64,000 bases of DNA from a virus (taxonomy: Duplodnaviria; Heunggongvirae; Uroviricota; Caudoviricetes): the IMG/VR virus record IMGVR_UViG_3300009008_000004, positions 82,004 to 146,003 of that record; one strand, written 5' to 3'. Position numbers and translations under genes: made by a program. The notes under the pieces were generated by a model, which ran no database searches, was not told the origin of the DNA, and saw nothing but the letters and a program-made list of their open reading frames with translations. Shown here piece by piece: positions 1 to 8,420 of the stretch (position 1 is its first letter; each line of letters begins with the position of its first letter).

Positions 1-1103
1 GCGAGCCGATGGAAACTATGAGGACAAAAGATGGACCTCTCCGCGGATATAGGAAAATCATGCTTGGGCAAAGGTGCGCCAATGAACGCGGCATCCAGAG
101 GAGATGTGCCAAGGCCCCGAGATTGGGGGGTAAACGAAATATTCCGTCTGAATAATCTCGAAGCCTCCCGCGGCCCCACCTTCTGAACAATAATGATGCG
201 CTGGAATTCCGAGGGCTTTAGGATTACCCCTTTACCCAATAGTGCGCCCAGGGCAGACCCAAGAGGTCGCTCGGATAGGCGCTGTAGAAGGGGCTCGGGC
301 AGAGACTTCTCCCGTTTGAAAAGAGGATTGAGTTGATCTGCCATCCCTGGGACGTCCTTGAGGATAGAGGACATCTTATCCTGTGTAGCCACCTTTACAG
401 AGGCTACCTTTTCCAGAGCAAAGCCTGTCCGATCTGCCCCAATCAAAACAAAGGACAGGTCAAAGAACCGGGGATTCGGGTTGTAGAGGAAAACCTTGCG
501 TCCATCAGGATAAACCTTACCCAATTCTGTTCTACCGTGAGTACAGTAGTCTGCCCGGGTACGAGAGCGATGCCCGCAAATAGAGCAGACGTCATAGGCC
601 ACGCGGCAGCCCATGCTAACTGGGCAGTGCTCCCCTGCCTCAAGCTGGGAAATCAGAGTATCATGACCCTCGTCACGACCCTTTTTCTTATCAATCTGGA
701 TAACAAGCTCGACCCGGTGCATCTTCCGGTTGTAGGCCGCAAGAACAATTTTCCCGAAACTCTTTTCCTTATCCTTATTAACGTGATGCCTGTAGACGCC
801 GGCATTGTAGAAGCTCTTGAACCCGTAGGCCGGCCCATTGGGATGCAGGAGTTCCTTCTCCTCGAAGTAATCGTTATTGATATTCGAGCCGTAGTACTCC
901 CCAGCGCCAAGGGCAGAAACAAGGACGTAAATGAACCCCGGCTTCTTTTTTATCCCATTGAGATATTTGCCAATCTCCGGGTCGTACTCTTTCTTTGTCC
1001 GAGCAGTCTTCTCAAAGCCTGAGGCGTTCGGATCGTAGACCTCCGTAAAGATCTGCCCTGTGTCCGGGTCAATACCTGGAAAGTCTAAACGTTTCTCGAG
1101 CAT
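1..1103 (-). CDS. Prohead (maturation) protease, partial (3' end runs off the window; absent from the ORF track)
   Basis: Manual translation from ATG at 1103 is open to base 1: MLEKRLDFPGID...GEYYGSNINNDYF...YRHHVNKD...VSMGCRVAYDVCSICGH...YCTH...FFDLSFVLIGADRTG. The His-rich segment, SMG serine motif and FxDLSFV..GAD motif resemble HK97/assemblin-type phage proteases. It lies in the head module. Confidence 0.75.
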   Translation of the reverse strand, partial: MLEKRLDFPGIDPDTGQIFTEVYDPNASGFEKTARTKKEYDPEIGKYLNGIKKKPGFIYVLVSALGAGEYYGSNINNDYFEEKELLHPNGPAYGFKSFYNAGVYRHHVNKDKEKSFGKIVLAAYNRKMHRVELVIQIDKKKGRDEGHDTLISQLEAGEHCPVSMGCRVAYDVCSICGHRSRTRADYCTHGRTELGKVYPDGRKVFLYNPNPRFFDLSFVLIGADRTGFALEKVASVKVATQDKMSSILKDVPGMADQLNPLFKREKSLPEPLLQRLSERPLGSALGALLGKGVILKPSEFQRIIIVQKVGPREASRLFRRNISFTPQSRGLGTSPLDAAFIGAPLPKHDFPISAERSIFCPHSFHRL

Positions 1104-1125
1104 GAGTCCGCCTACGAGTTACAGG

Positions 1126-1440
1126 TTAGCGCCGTTTCCGCCGACGGACGCGCTTCCGCTTATTAGGGCCATGCGCAAGGTTAGCACCAAGGGCTCCCCC
1201 AGCCATTACCCCGGGCAATATCCCACCCATACGGCTACCGGTGAGCATGCTACCGACTATACCGCCGAGAATCTGGCCTGTAAGAGCGCCGCCCCAAGTG
1301 CGCAACCGCTTGCCATCGGAAGCACCCAGCGGTGCACCGGCAGCAAAGATCCCAGGAACAGCGCCGCCAAAGGTGGCTGCCGTTTGCCCCGCCATCTTCT
1401 CCAATTCATCTTCGAATGCTTCCCAAATAATGTGTTCCAT
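1126..1440 (-). CDS. Small glycine-zipper membrane-type protein with EKxA leader and Arg/Lys tail (putative head-packaged protein)
   Basis: 104 aa. Leader MEHIIWEAFEDELEKMA, GxxxG-rich hydrophobic segments, C-terminus KRKRVRRRKRR. Confidence 0.7.
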   Translation of the reverse strand: MEHIIWEAFEDELEKMAGQTAATFGGAVPGIFAAGAPLGASDGKRLRTWGGALTGQILGGIVGSMLTGSRMGGILPGVMAGGALGANLAHGPNKRKRVRRRKRR

Positions 1441-1442
1441 GG

Positions 1443-1679
1443 CTATACCCCCGGGACCGCGTACGGGTCTTTCTTCGCTTTAGCAGCTGGCGGAGATTTG
1501 GGCTTCAAACTCTTCATCCAGTCTGTCTGCTTCTTAACAGCCTTGCCCGCAGCACCACCACCGGGCGTGATCGTCATAGCTTCACTGGGGCCGTAGGTAT
1601 ACTCCGTCAGCGGCTTACCTTCGGCAAGTTTTTCCAGGTTCTCATTGTAGAATTGCTCAAACAGTTCAACTGAGTCCAT
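1443..1679 (-). CDS. Small hypothetical protein with EKLA leader
   Basis: 78 aa. GGAGG SD 6 nt upstream, leader ...NENLEKLA, Lys/Pro-rich remainder. Confidence 0.7.
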   Translation of the reverse strand: MDSVELFEQFYNENLEKLAEGKPLTEYTYGPSEAMTITPGGGAAGKAVKKQTDWMKSLKPKSPPAAKAKKDPYAVPGV

Positions 1680-1703
1680 CGGATTCCTCCAAATTATTTC
1701 AAT

Positions 1704-1715
1704 ATGATAATACTA
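1704..1715 (-). promoter_or_regulatory. Possible -10 element (TAGTAT/TATCAT) upstream of the 1679 gene
   Basis: AT-rich intergenic TAGTATTATCAT on the minus strand. No convincing -35. Confidence 0.3.
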
Positions 1716-2177
1716 TTTCTTTCCCTTTGCCCCAGCGAACCCCGAAAGGGGGCCACGAAGAGTATCGGCGAAAGAATTCCTACGCTGTGCTGAGTGGACG
1801 CGGCTAAGGGCCTCGACGTCCTGCAGGGGAAACCCAACATCCTTGAATTCATGTGCCCGACGGATAAAGGATCCGGCGGCAAGGGGGTCTCCTGCAACTT
1901 CCGGGGCAAAATGCATCAGTGACCGAAAGTATGGTTTTATAGACTGCTTTTTCCGCTTGAGGTCCGGGTTGGACGAAAGCATCTTATTGAAATACCGCTT
2001 TGCTTTGACCTTAGTACCTACTGCCTCAATCCCTTCTGCGGCAAGCGCCCCAGTGGTTGCCATGCCCGCGCCAAGCAAGCCAAGTTTCAACGCAGCACGC
2101 CAATTAATTGCTTCTTTGGTCTTACCTGCGAGGCTCTCAATCACTGCCTTTGTACGAGCAAATTCGATATTTTCCAT
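1713..2177 (-). CDS. Hypothetical basic protein with hydrophobic Gly-rich helix (putative head protein)
   Basis: 154 aa. KEA at residues 21-23 is followed by LKLGLLGAGMATTGALAAEG. Tightly coupled to its neighbours. Confidence 0.7.
   Translation of the reverse strand: MENIEFARTKAVIESLAGKTKEAINWRAALKLGLLGAGMATTGALAAEGIEAVGTKVKAKRYFNKMLSSNPDLKRKKQSIKPYFRSLMHFAPEVAGDPLAAGSFIRRAHEFKDVGFPLQDVEALSRVHSAQRRNSFADTLRGPLSGFAGAKGKK
1735..1756. repeat. 22-nt hairpin repeat, copy 1 (GCGAACCCCGAAAGGGGGCCA)
   Basis: Matches 2521-2540 except for one A. CCCC-GAAA-GGGG stem-loop. Confidence 0.75.
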
Positions 2178-2662
2178 TAGAACGAACCTCCAGAAGTCGG
2201 AAGTGGTTGGTAATAAGGTTGCATCTGCTGTTGCAGTACTGCCATCTCCTGAGCAGGTGCCGCGGGACCTACTGCTTTGCTGCGAGTCTTCCGCAATTCA
2301 TTGGCGAGCAACAAACCACCACCCGTAAGGAAAGGATGTCTTTGCGCTACACCTACTACGCCGCCGTATGAAGTCTTACGGATAGCTGGGATGCGATTGC
2401 CTCTGATCTTAAGCCAGGAGACCCGGGCGCGTTTATTTGCCGGCAAGTTCGCGAGCTCTTTATTACTTAGCTGCCGATACCCCTTCAGTTTCGCTGCGTC
2501 TCTCACAGACCAACGGAGGCGCGAACCCCGAAGGGGGCCAACGAGCTTCTTTGCGCCAAGCAAAATATCCTTACCAGTTGAGAGCACAGGTTTCACCGTA
2601 CTCTTTGTGGCCAGCCGCCCCAGGAGATGTACTGGGTTGAGTGGCCCCGCAAGTTTTACCAT
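2177..2662 (-). CDS. Hypothetical basic protein (start revised to ATG 2662, MVKLAG...)
   Basis: 161 aa. The track start at 2902 overlaps the upstream gene by >200 nt. The revised start follows the stop at 2685 and begins with KLA. Confidence 0.6.
   Translation of the reverse strand: MVKLAGPLNPVHLLGRLATKSTVKPVLSTGKDILLGAKKLVGPLRGSRLRWSVRDAAKLKGYRQLSNKELANLPANKRARVSWLKIRGNRIPAIRKTSYGGVVGVAQRHPFLTGGGLLLANELRKTRSKAVGPAAPAQEMAVLQQQMQPYYQPLPTSGGSF
2521..2540. repeat. Hairpin repeat, copy 2 (GCGAACCCCGAAGGGGGCCA)
   Basis: CCCC-GAA-GGGG. On the minus strand it reads CCC-UUCG-GGG. Confidence 0.75.
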
Positions 2663-2684
2663 CTCCCGAGACAACTGTACCGAA

Positions 2685-3461
2685 TTATTTCGCCGCATTG
2701 AGTATCTCCTCCACCTGAGGCATGGTCTCTGCTTTGGATTCCATGTACAGACGGGTTGCTTCTTTACACTCCGCGGCCTTAACCAACAGCGGGTGCTTGG
2801 GATTCGGGATAGAAGAGGCTGGGTCATTCCCTGTACCGCGGCAAACTTCTGTTCGAGCGCAAGCAATCTTAATGAACTCCGGGCTGGAGCCAGAAGCTGC
2901 AAGTGCTGAAGATACTTCGTCTACAGAGAGCTCGCCAGTTTGTACTGCCTCCGCCACGTAATTCTGCAAAGAGGCTACCTTACTCAGGGCCCGCGATTTC
3001 AGGTCCTCTACTGCATCCAACATATGCGCCAGCTTCTGCCGGGTAGCGATCGGGTCCTCTACCGCGGATGTCTGCTCCTCAGCTCCGCCCACCTCCCCGA
3101 ACAACGCGTGTGCCAGCTTTTCCGTAGAGATGAAATCCTCCCCTGGGATATAATTGGCCTTCGCAAGTTTGGTCTTCACCTCAGTACCTCCACATTTAGT
3201 AGCATCGGCCACATCGAACGTAATGTAGCCAGCTTCCTTCTTCATCAATAGGGAGAAAGCCTCGTTATTCGCCGCCTCAACTACCCGCCGTGTCTGCTCT
3301 CGATTGAGTGCATTATCCTTCACAAAACCCGCAATAGTCGAGTTCATATCCTCTTCAGACCCAACCATCTTACGAGCAGCGGTTTTGCCTAAATCCTCAA
3401 GGAAGTCCTTTGTCTTATGCGAGGGGCCGCAGGACGTAAGAAACCGCACGATTGAGTCCAT
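2685..3461 (-). CDS. Helical head-morphogenesis protein with 9 K-x-A motifs (scaffold/core candidate)
   Basis: 258 aa. AGGAGG SD and its own promoter. Motifs KTA, KEA x2, KLA x3, KVA, KIA, KAA. Confidence 0.65.
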   Translation of the reverse strand: MDSIVRFLTSCGPSHKTKDFLEDLGKTAARKMVGSEEDMNSTIAGFVKDNALNREQTRRVVEAANNEAFSLLMKKEAGYITFDVADATKCGGTEVKTKLAKANYIPGEDFISTEKLAHALFGEVGGAEEQTSAVEDPIATRQKLAHMLDAVEDLKSRALSKVASLQNYVAEAVQTGELSVDEVSSALAASGSSPEFIKIACARTEVCRGTGNDPASSIPNPKHPLLVKAAECKEATRLYMESKAETMPQVEEILNAAK

Positions 3462-3488
3462 GAATCGATCCTCCTATTCGCCGAGTAT

Positions 3489-3518
3489 ATCGTAAAGAGA
3501 GTAGCGTATATGTGTCAA
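3489..3518 (-). promoter_or_regulatory. sigma70-type promoter TTGACA-N18-TACGAT
   Basis: Perfect -35 at 3518-3513 and -10 at 3494-3489, in the intergenic gap before the AGGAGG SD of the 3461 gene. Confidence 0.7.
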
Positions 3519-3528
3519 GATACTACTC

Positions 3529-5184
3529 CTATTGGCCTTTCTGCTCTTCCATGTATGCCACACCGGCGTTCATCACGTCCGGTCGAGGGTGGGACAGCAT
3601 ACTCGCCAGGAAACAATAAAGTGCAGAGTGGAATGCATCATCGGTACCGTCAATTAGTTTGTCGTAGACAATTGTATGCCTGTCCTCACGATACTCACTG
3701 TAGATGTTCAAGAAATCCTCTGCAAAGGGCTTGAACTCCTCCCAACGGGGGAACCGGATGTGCCCCTTCTTGATTGCATTGAAAAACATGCTCATTACTT
3801 CTGTTCGGTTGGCAATAAATCGATTGAGCTGAGATTGCCATTTGACGAGCCCGCTAAGACCGGCGTACTGGTACTGCGCTACTTTCCGCGGACCGAAGGT
3901 TGTAACAAGATCATGGTTCCTATCAAAACCACCGCCGTAATCGACCCCGATGATGTCCATGCCAGGATGCTCAGAATACAGATGCTTTATATGGGCCATC
4001 TGCCTCTTGGGTTCCGACAACTCTCCCACGTACTTATGGAAATGGATGAACGTAAACTTTCCGTGAATGTATGTTCCTATGGAAGAAACTGTATAGGAAT
4101 TTTCCGCGGAACCCCAATCAACACCCATCCACTTAGGTTGCGCAGCGGCCTTGAAGTAGGAAGTACCATGTGGGTACTGGCTGCTGTACATCGAAACGGT
4201 AGGATCACACGCTGCTTTCAACTCTGCTTCCGTAATAGGAGTTGCCCCAACATCATGGGGAACCCCAAGTACCTCATTGAGGAATTGGGCCCGGGGGTAC
4301 CTTGTCCGTTTATCCAGCAGTTCCGGCCAGGATACCCGAGGAGAGATGATCTGCGGAATACGGAAACCCTCAAACGGTTCTTCAACCCCAGGCTCTGGAT
4401 TCATCGAAACCCATTGGGCAGAAGAATGCATCGGGTGTATCTGCGCATCGCAGCGAGCACACGATAAATATTCCTTTCCGATATTTTCTTCCCCAGGCAA
4501 ATTCCAATACCGGTAATCCCCACCCCCACAAGCATCGCAAGGTATCATCCACTCATTCTGCGTAGAGAACTTCTTGAATGTTCTGGAAAGGGTATTCGAT
4601 TCAGTCAGCGGAGTTCCGGCGTAATGGAATTGCTTGTGCTCAGAAGCAAACGTACACTCCTCGATAACCGGGAGGAGGGTGGCAAGGATGTTCTGGAGCT
4701 CATCCACAAAGAGGAAATCTGTCATGATACCGCGGATGGCATCTGCAGTTAGGAATGCATAACCAAGTCGAATCTCAGACCCAGAAACAAACTCCTTGTA
4801 CATCGCATTGTCTTTGGCACCCCGATTGGTCTGGAAATTACTCAAGAAATCGGACCAAAGCAGAGGTTGCTTCAGGCGATCACGACTAAAGGTTTGCGCC
4901 TGTCCCTGACGGGGAGCAACGTAAAGTATCTTGATATACGGACGTAACACGGAGGCCGCAATCATCTTATTGCCCTGGGATGTGCTTTTCTCCACCTGAC
5001 GGCCGCACATGAGGATAGTCTTTCTCGAGGGAGTGTCGTAGACACGCCGCAAATACCTACGGCCCTCAAATGAGAAGGGCTCGAGCTTTCCACTTTTGGG
5101 TAGACGGAAAGATGTTTCAACGAAATTCGAGAGGGTGAGCTTTGCCGGTTCCCTGGATTTAGACTGGAGCCCAATGGGGAGCAC
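3529..5184 (-). CDS. terL: Terminase large subunit
   Basis: 551 aa. ATPase motifs GRQVEKST, LFVDELQ and AGTP; a CxxC...CxxC linker; RNase H-like nuclease motifs GVDWG, GVDYGG and DDAFHS. Confidence 0.9.
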   Translation of the reverse strand: MLPIGLQSKSREPAKLTLSNFVETSFRLPKSGKLEPFSFEGRRYLRRVYDTPSRKTILMCGRQVEKSTSQGNKMIAASVLRPYIKILYVAPRQGQAQTFSRDRLKQPLLWSDFLSNFQTNRGAKDNAMYKEFVSGSEIRLGYAFLTADAIRGIMTDFLFVDELQNILATLLPVIEECTFASEHKQFHYAGTPLTESNTLSRTFKKFSTQNEWMIPCDACGGGDYRYWNLPGEENIGKEYLSCARCDAQIHPMHSSAQWVSMNPEPGVEEPFEGFRIPQIISPRVSWPELLDKRTRYPRAQFLNEVLGVPHDVGATPITEAELKAACDPTVSMYSSQYPHGTSYFKAAAQPKWMGVDWGSAENSYTVSSIGTYIHGKFTFIHFHKYVGELSEPKRQMAHIKHLYSEHPGMDIIGVDYGGGFDRNHDLVTTFGPRKVAQYQYAGLSGLVKWQSQLNRFIANRTEVMSMFFNAIKKGHIRFPRWEEFKPFAEDFLNIYSEYREDRHTIVYDKLIDGTDDAFHSALYCFLASMLSHPRPDVMNAGVAYMEEQKGQ

Positions 5185-5186
5185 GG

Positions 5187-5597
5187 TTATCTTCTCCTCT
5201 CCAGAGCAGCGGCGATCTCCTGCATCTTACGCTGAGCACGTCGTTTCCCCGAAATACCGGCCTCGATACCTTTCTTCCCAACACTTGCAGCAGAGAGCAC
5301 AGGACGGTAGGGATACCGCATCCACCAGGGTATCTTAGGGGAATCGACAAGCTGCGCCCCAATCTTCTGCAGCTGATTCATAGGAAGCGGGGGTGGTAAC
5401 ATTTTGGGTTTCCGTAGCTTAGACGGAAGGGGCTTCAACTTTGGTGGGGGAGGGACTCTACCCGAGACGGCGTACGGTCGCTTTGCGCGGGTTACCTGCG
5501 GGTCCTTAGTGATGAAGGGCTTGGGGGGCTTATGGGGCTTCCCAATCTCACCTCCAGTGGGGACATACTTTGGCTTCGGAATACTGTACTTCGACAT
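5187..5597 (-). CDS. Pro/Lys-rich basic hypothetical protein
   Basis: 136-aa ORF packed between terL and SNF2 with 2-3 nt gaps. Low complexity. Confidence 0.65.
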   Translation of the reverse strand: MSKYSIPKPKYVPTGGEIGKPHKPPKPFITKDPQVTRAKRPYAVSGRVPPPPKLKPLPSKLRKPKMLPPPLPMNQLQKIGAQLVDSPKIPWWMRYPYRPVLSAASVGKKGIEAGISGKRRAQRKMQEIAAALERRR

Positions 5598-5600
5598 TAG

Positions 5601-7256
5601 CTACCCCGTCGGTGGGTAAATATAGACCCATTCACCAGTTTTAGGGCTACGGTACTTCCGCAAGTATTTGTGCATACGGATACCCTTGGGCTGCTTCACC
5701 TTCAAAACGTTCCGCATGCTCTCATTCAACTGGTGCTTCTTCCGGGCAACGTTGTACACCCACTGGTCAACTGTAGCCCCGGGTTTACGGTTGAAGATGA
5801 AACCCTTGGGATACGCCGTTGTATACCGTTTGATAAGCACCTTTCGCTTCTCAGGAGGCCGATGGGATTGGCCACCCAATCGACGTACGCGGGCCTCGGC
5901 CTGGTGCACACGTTCCGGGTTCCAATGCCCATCCATTGAGAAGAACGCGGTAGCATTCTTCAGGTCGAGGCCTTCTGCCCCTGCACCAGAGATAAGGACA
6001 ACCTTCTTCTTGCCGGCCTTGAAGTCTGCAATGTCTACATCCCTACTATCGCGAGTCACCTTCTTACCCCCGATAGTTCTACCAGTACCAGCAAATACCC
6101 CAAAAGGAACTCCCCGCTGTTGCAGACCAGCCGCGGCAACGTCCAACCCTCCCTTGATGAGATTACTGTAGACAACAGCCTTCCCATCCGGCGTCTCCTT
6201 CAGATGGTTTTGGAGGTCATCCAGCAGTTTTTTTGTCTTAGGGGTCAACTCAGCAGACTGTGCCTTTGTGTACTCCGGGTTGGCAGAGGAGATATCGTTC
6301 AATGCCCGGCGGGCGTGGATGATCTTCCCAAACACATGAGCAAGCTGCTGTGGAGAGAGGTTAGTCTCTCCCTTAGCAATCATCTTCTTGATTGGGCCCA
6401 GCTTATCCATGACGTAGTCGTAGTAGAGCTTTTGCTCCTTTGACATTGGAACCCGAACAGTTTCCACCTGCTTTGCAGGCATGCTCTTTCCGACATCTTT
6501 ACTTGTTCGTACGTCAACGACGGGCGTGACATAATGTGCAATCTCGCCCGGATTCACGAGAGCTTTGATATCTTTCTTACCACCCCAAAAACCCTTCTCC
6601 TTTCCAATAGTACGCATGTACCTTTGTTTGAAGAGAGACTTGGACATAAATTGCCCCCCGGTCGCAATGTTGACCAGAGTAGCAATCTCCGCAGGACTGT
6701 TATTCACCGGACTCGCAGTTAGCCCAATGAAGTTCTTACTGTACTGCCGGGCCTGAAGTGCTGCCTTATGGGTACGTGATCGCTCAGAGCGCAGCTTATG
6801 GAACTCATCGAAAACCAGGGTATCAGCGCCACTCCGGCGGATGAGGCCAATGGGGTCCCGACGGAACATATCGTAAGAGATGACCGTGTAATCTGCTGCC
6901 GGAGTTATCTCATCGATATAATGGATGTTGTCGTTGGGGTCCTTGTTGGCCGCAGCCTTTGACCCAACAACCTGGTGGGAAGACTGCGTAAACTTCTGGA
7001 TACCTTCCTTCACGAAGTTGGTCTTCAAACCAGCCGGCACAACTACAAGGGCTTTGTTCGCACGTCCGGCAGCCTTAGCTTTTTCAAAAGCAAAGATTGC
7101 AGTAGCCGTCTTCCCAGTACCAGTGGCATGCGCAAGAATCACTTGCCCCTGGTTGAAGAACTTATTGACAGCCGCCTGCTGATGCGGGTAGGGCTTGAAC
7201 CCTTCCTTTACCCCGGCTACCTTAGTTTGCCCAAGGAATTGTGCAAGCTTGTCCAT
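5601..7256 (-). CDS. SNF2-family (SF2) helicase/translocase
   Basis: 551 aa. Motifs PHQ, HATGTGKT, FDEFH, LTASP, ISGAGAEGLDL, WNP...QAEARVRRLG. N-terminal KLA/KVA leader. Confidence 0.92.
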   Translation of the reverse strand: MDKLAQFLGQTKVAGVKEGFKPYPHQQAAVNKFFNQGQVILAHATGTGKTATAIFAFEKAKAAGRANKALVVVPAGLKTNFVKEGIQKFTQSSHQVVGSKAAANKDPNDNIHYIDEITPAADYTVISYDMFRRDPIGLIRRSGADTLVFDEFHKLRSERSRTHKAALQARQYSKNFIGLTASPVNNSPAEIATLVNIATGGQFMSKSLFKQRYMRTIGKEKGFWGGKKDIKALVNPGEIAHYVTPVVDVRTSKDVGKSMPAKQVETVRVPMSKEQKLYYDYVMDKLGPIKKMIAKGETNLSPQQLAHVFGKIIHARRALNDISSANPEYTKAQSAELTPKTKKLLDDLQNHLKETPDGKAVVYSNLIKGGLDVAAAGLQQRGVPFGVFAGTGRTIGGKKVTRDSRDVDIADFKAGKKKVVLISGAGAEGLDLKNATAFFSMDGHWNPERVHQAEARVRRLGGQSHRPPEKRKVLIKRYTTAYPKGFIFNRKPGATVDQWVYNVARKKHQLNESMRNVLKVKQPKGIRMHKYLRKYRSPKTGEWVYIYPPTG

Positions 7257-7613
7257 TTACCTCGCCTCTACCCGCTTAATAGCAGCAATCAATCTCGCAC
7301 GAGCAGGAGTATCAGGGAGAGACTTAAAGAAAGCTTTATCTCCGCCCCCCGAAGGAGTTTTCTTTATGGCAGTAACCATTTTCCTTACGAACGGCGCACC
7401 GCCCATTTCCCTAAACTTCGTTGTTACCTCAGAAGGGGAAAGCCCCCGCCGTTTCCAGCTATCACCCACTTTCCCTACAGAACGGGTAGTGGCCTCAAGA
7501 AGCCCCTTCTTGTGGGGATTCTTGGCTAAAGCCAGCGTCCGCCGCACCACCTGCTTCAAGCCAGCAGCCTTCTCCAGCTCATCTGTAAAAGCTCCCATAA
7601 TAAGTTCTTCCAT
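7257..7613 (-). CDS. Probable nested in-frame product (118 aa) from an internal start
   Basis: AAGGAGG-ATATT-ATG at 7625-7611, in frame with 8420 (807 nt downstream). The N-terminus mirrors the leader of the 1440 gene. Confidence 0.55.
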   Translation of the reverse strand: MEELIMGAFTDELEKAAGLKQVVRRTLALAKNPHKKGLLEATTRSVGKVGDSWKRRGLSPSEVTTKFREMGGAPFVRKMVTAIKKTPSGGGDKAFFKSLPDTPARARLIAAIKRVEAR

Positions 7614-8420
7614 AATATCCTCCTTAGATGCTTTCTTTACCTTACCTTTCTTATTAGCTGCGAGGACTTTCTGGAGAACCCCGCCAAGTACCATCGTACC
7701 GAATGCCCCGGCTGCCCCACGACCAACAGTCTTGGGCAACCACTTTACTGGCTGCTTGAATGCTTTTCCGTAGGCTTTCGGGGAGAACAGCTTTTTCTGC
7801 TTGGAGACATCAGCAATGACTGTTTCCGAGAGCCCCTTCCCGGCACCGGTCAGCCCACCAAGAGCAGCAGCTACAGGAAGGATGCTCTTTGGTTTCTTCC
7901 CCTTCTTAGCACCCTTTGTATTGGACTTCATCTTATGGGCAAGCCCCAGAGCCAAAGCAGATGCAAGAGCGGTTGCTGTAGCACCCCGGCCAAGGGCCTT
8001 TGGGCCAAAGTGTTTGCCCCAATTTGGCTTCTTCTTAGCATAAGCTTCCCAGGCACCCTCAATGCCACCCTTGCCGTAGCCGTAAATGGCTCCCGAGCCG
8101 ATAACCTTTGCGATGCCCTTCTTTGTCCGCTTTTTCTCACCCGACTTGATATCCGCCATGCCACTTGCGAAAACAGGGAAAGTTGCAGTGCCGCCGATGA
8201 GACCGCCGAGCCCGCGACCGGTAGCGCGTCCTTTGAGCGCACGCAGCATCTTGCTGCCCTTAAATGCCCCGCGAACAGGCTTCCCGGTCAACTTCATCTT
8301 AGTTGCATCTGCAGCGACCTGGTCCACAGCTCCTTTGGGGATATCGCCGATGATAGACTTTGTAGCACCGCCTACCAGCCCGGCATACAGGGCGTCTCGT
8401 TTTTTACTTCTCTTCGCCAT
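7257..8420 (-). CDS. Multi-glycine-zipper, Lys-rich membrane-type protein (putative ejected head protein)
   Basis: 387 aa. Six or more GxxxG hydrophobic helices separated by Lys clusters. Internal leader-like MEELIMGAFTDELEKAA. Confidence 0.7.
   Translation of the reverse strand: MAKRSKKRDALYAGLVGGATKSIIGDIPKGAVDQVAADATKMKLTGKPVRGAFKGSKMLRALKGRATGRGLGGLIGGTATFPVFASGMADIKSGEKKRTKKGIAKVIGSGAIYGYGKGGIEGAWEAYAKKKPNWGKHFGPKALGRGATATALASALALGLAHKMKSNTKGAKKGKKPKSILPVAAALGGLTGAGKGLSETVIADVSKQKKLFSPKAYGKAFKQPVKWLPKTVGRGAAGAFGTMVLGGVLQKVLAANKKGKVKKASKEDIMEELIMGAFTDELEKAAGLKQVVRRTLALAKNPHKKGLLEATTRSVGKVGDSWKRRGLSPSEVTTKFREMGGAPFVRKMVTAIKKTPSGGGDKAFFKSLPDTPARARLIAAIKRVEAR

Noticed and set aside
333-1022. 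229-aa plus-strand ORF
   Set aside because: It is the antisense shadow of the minus-strand protease gene (1-1103), which has real motifs and an SD.
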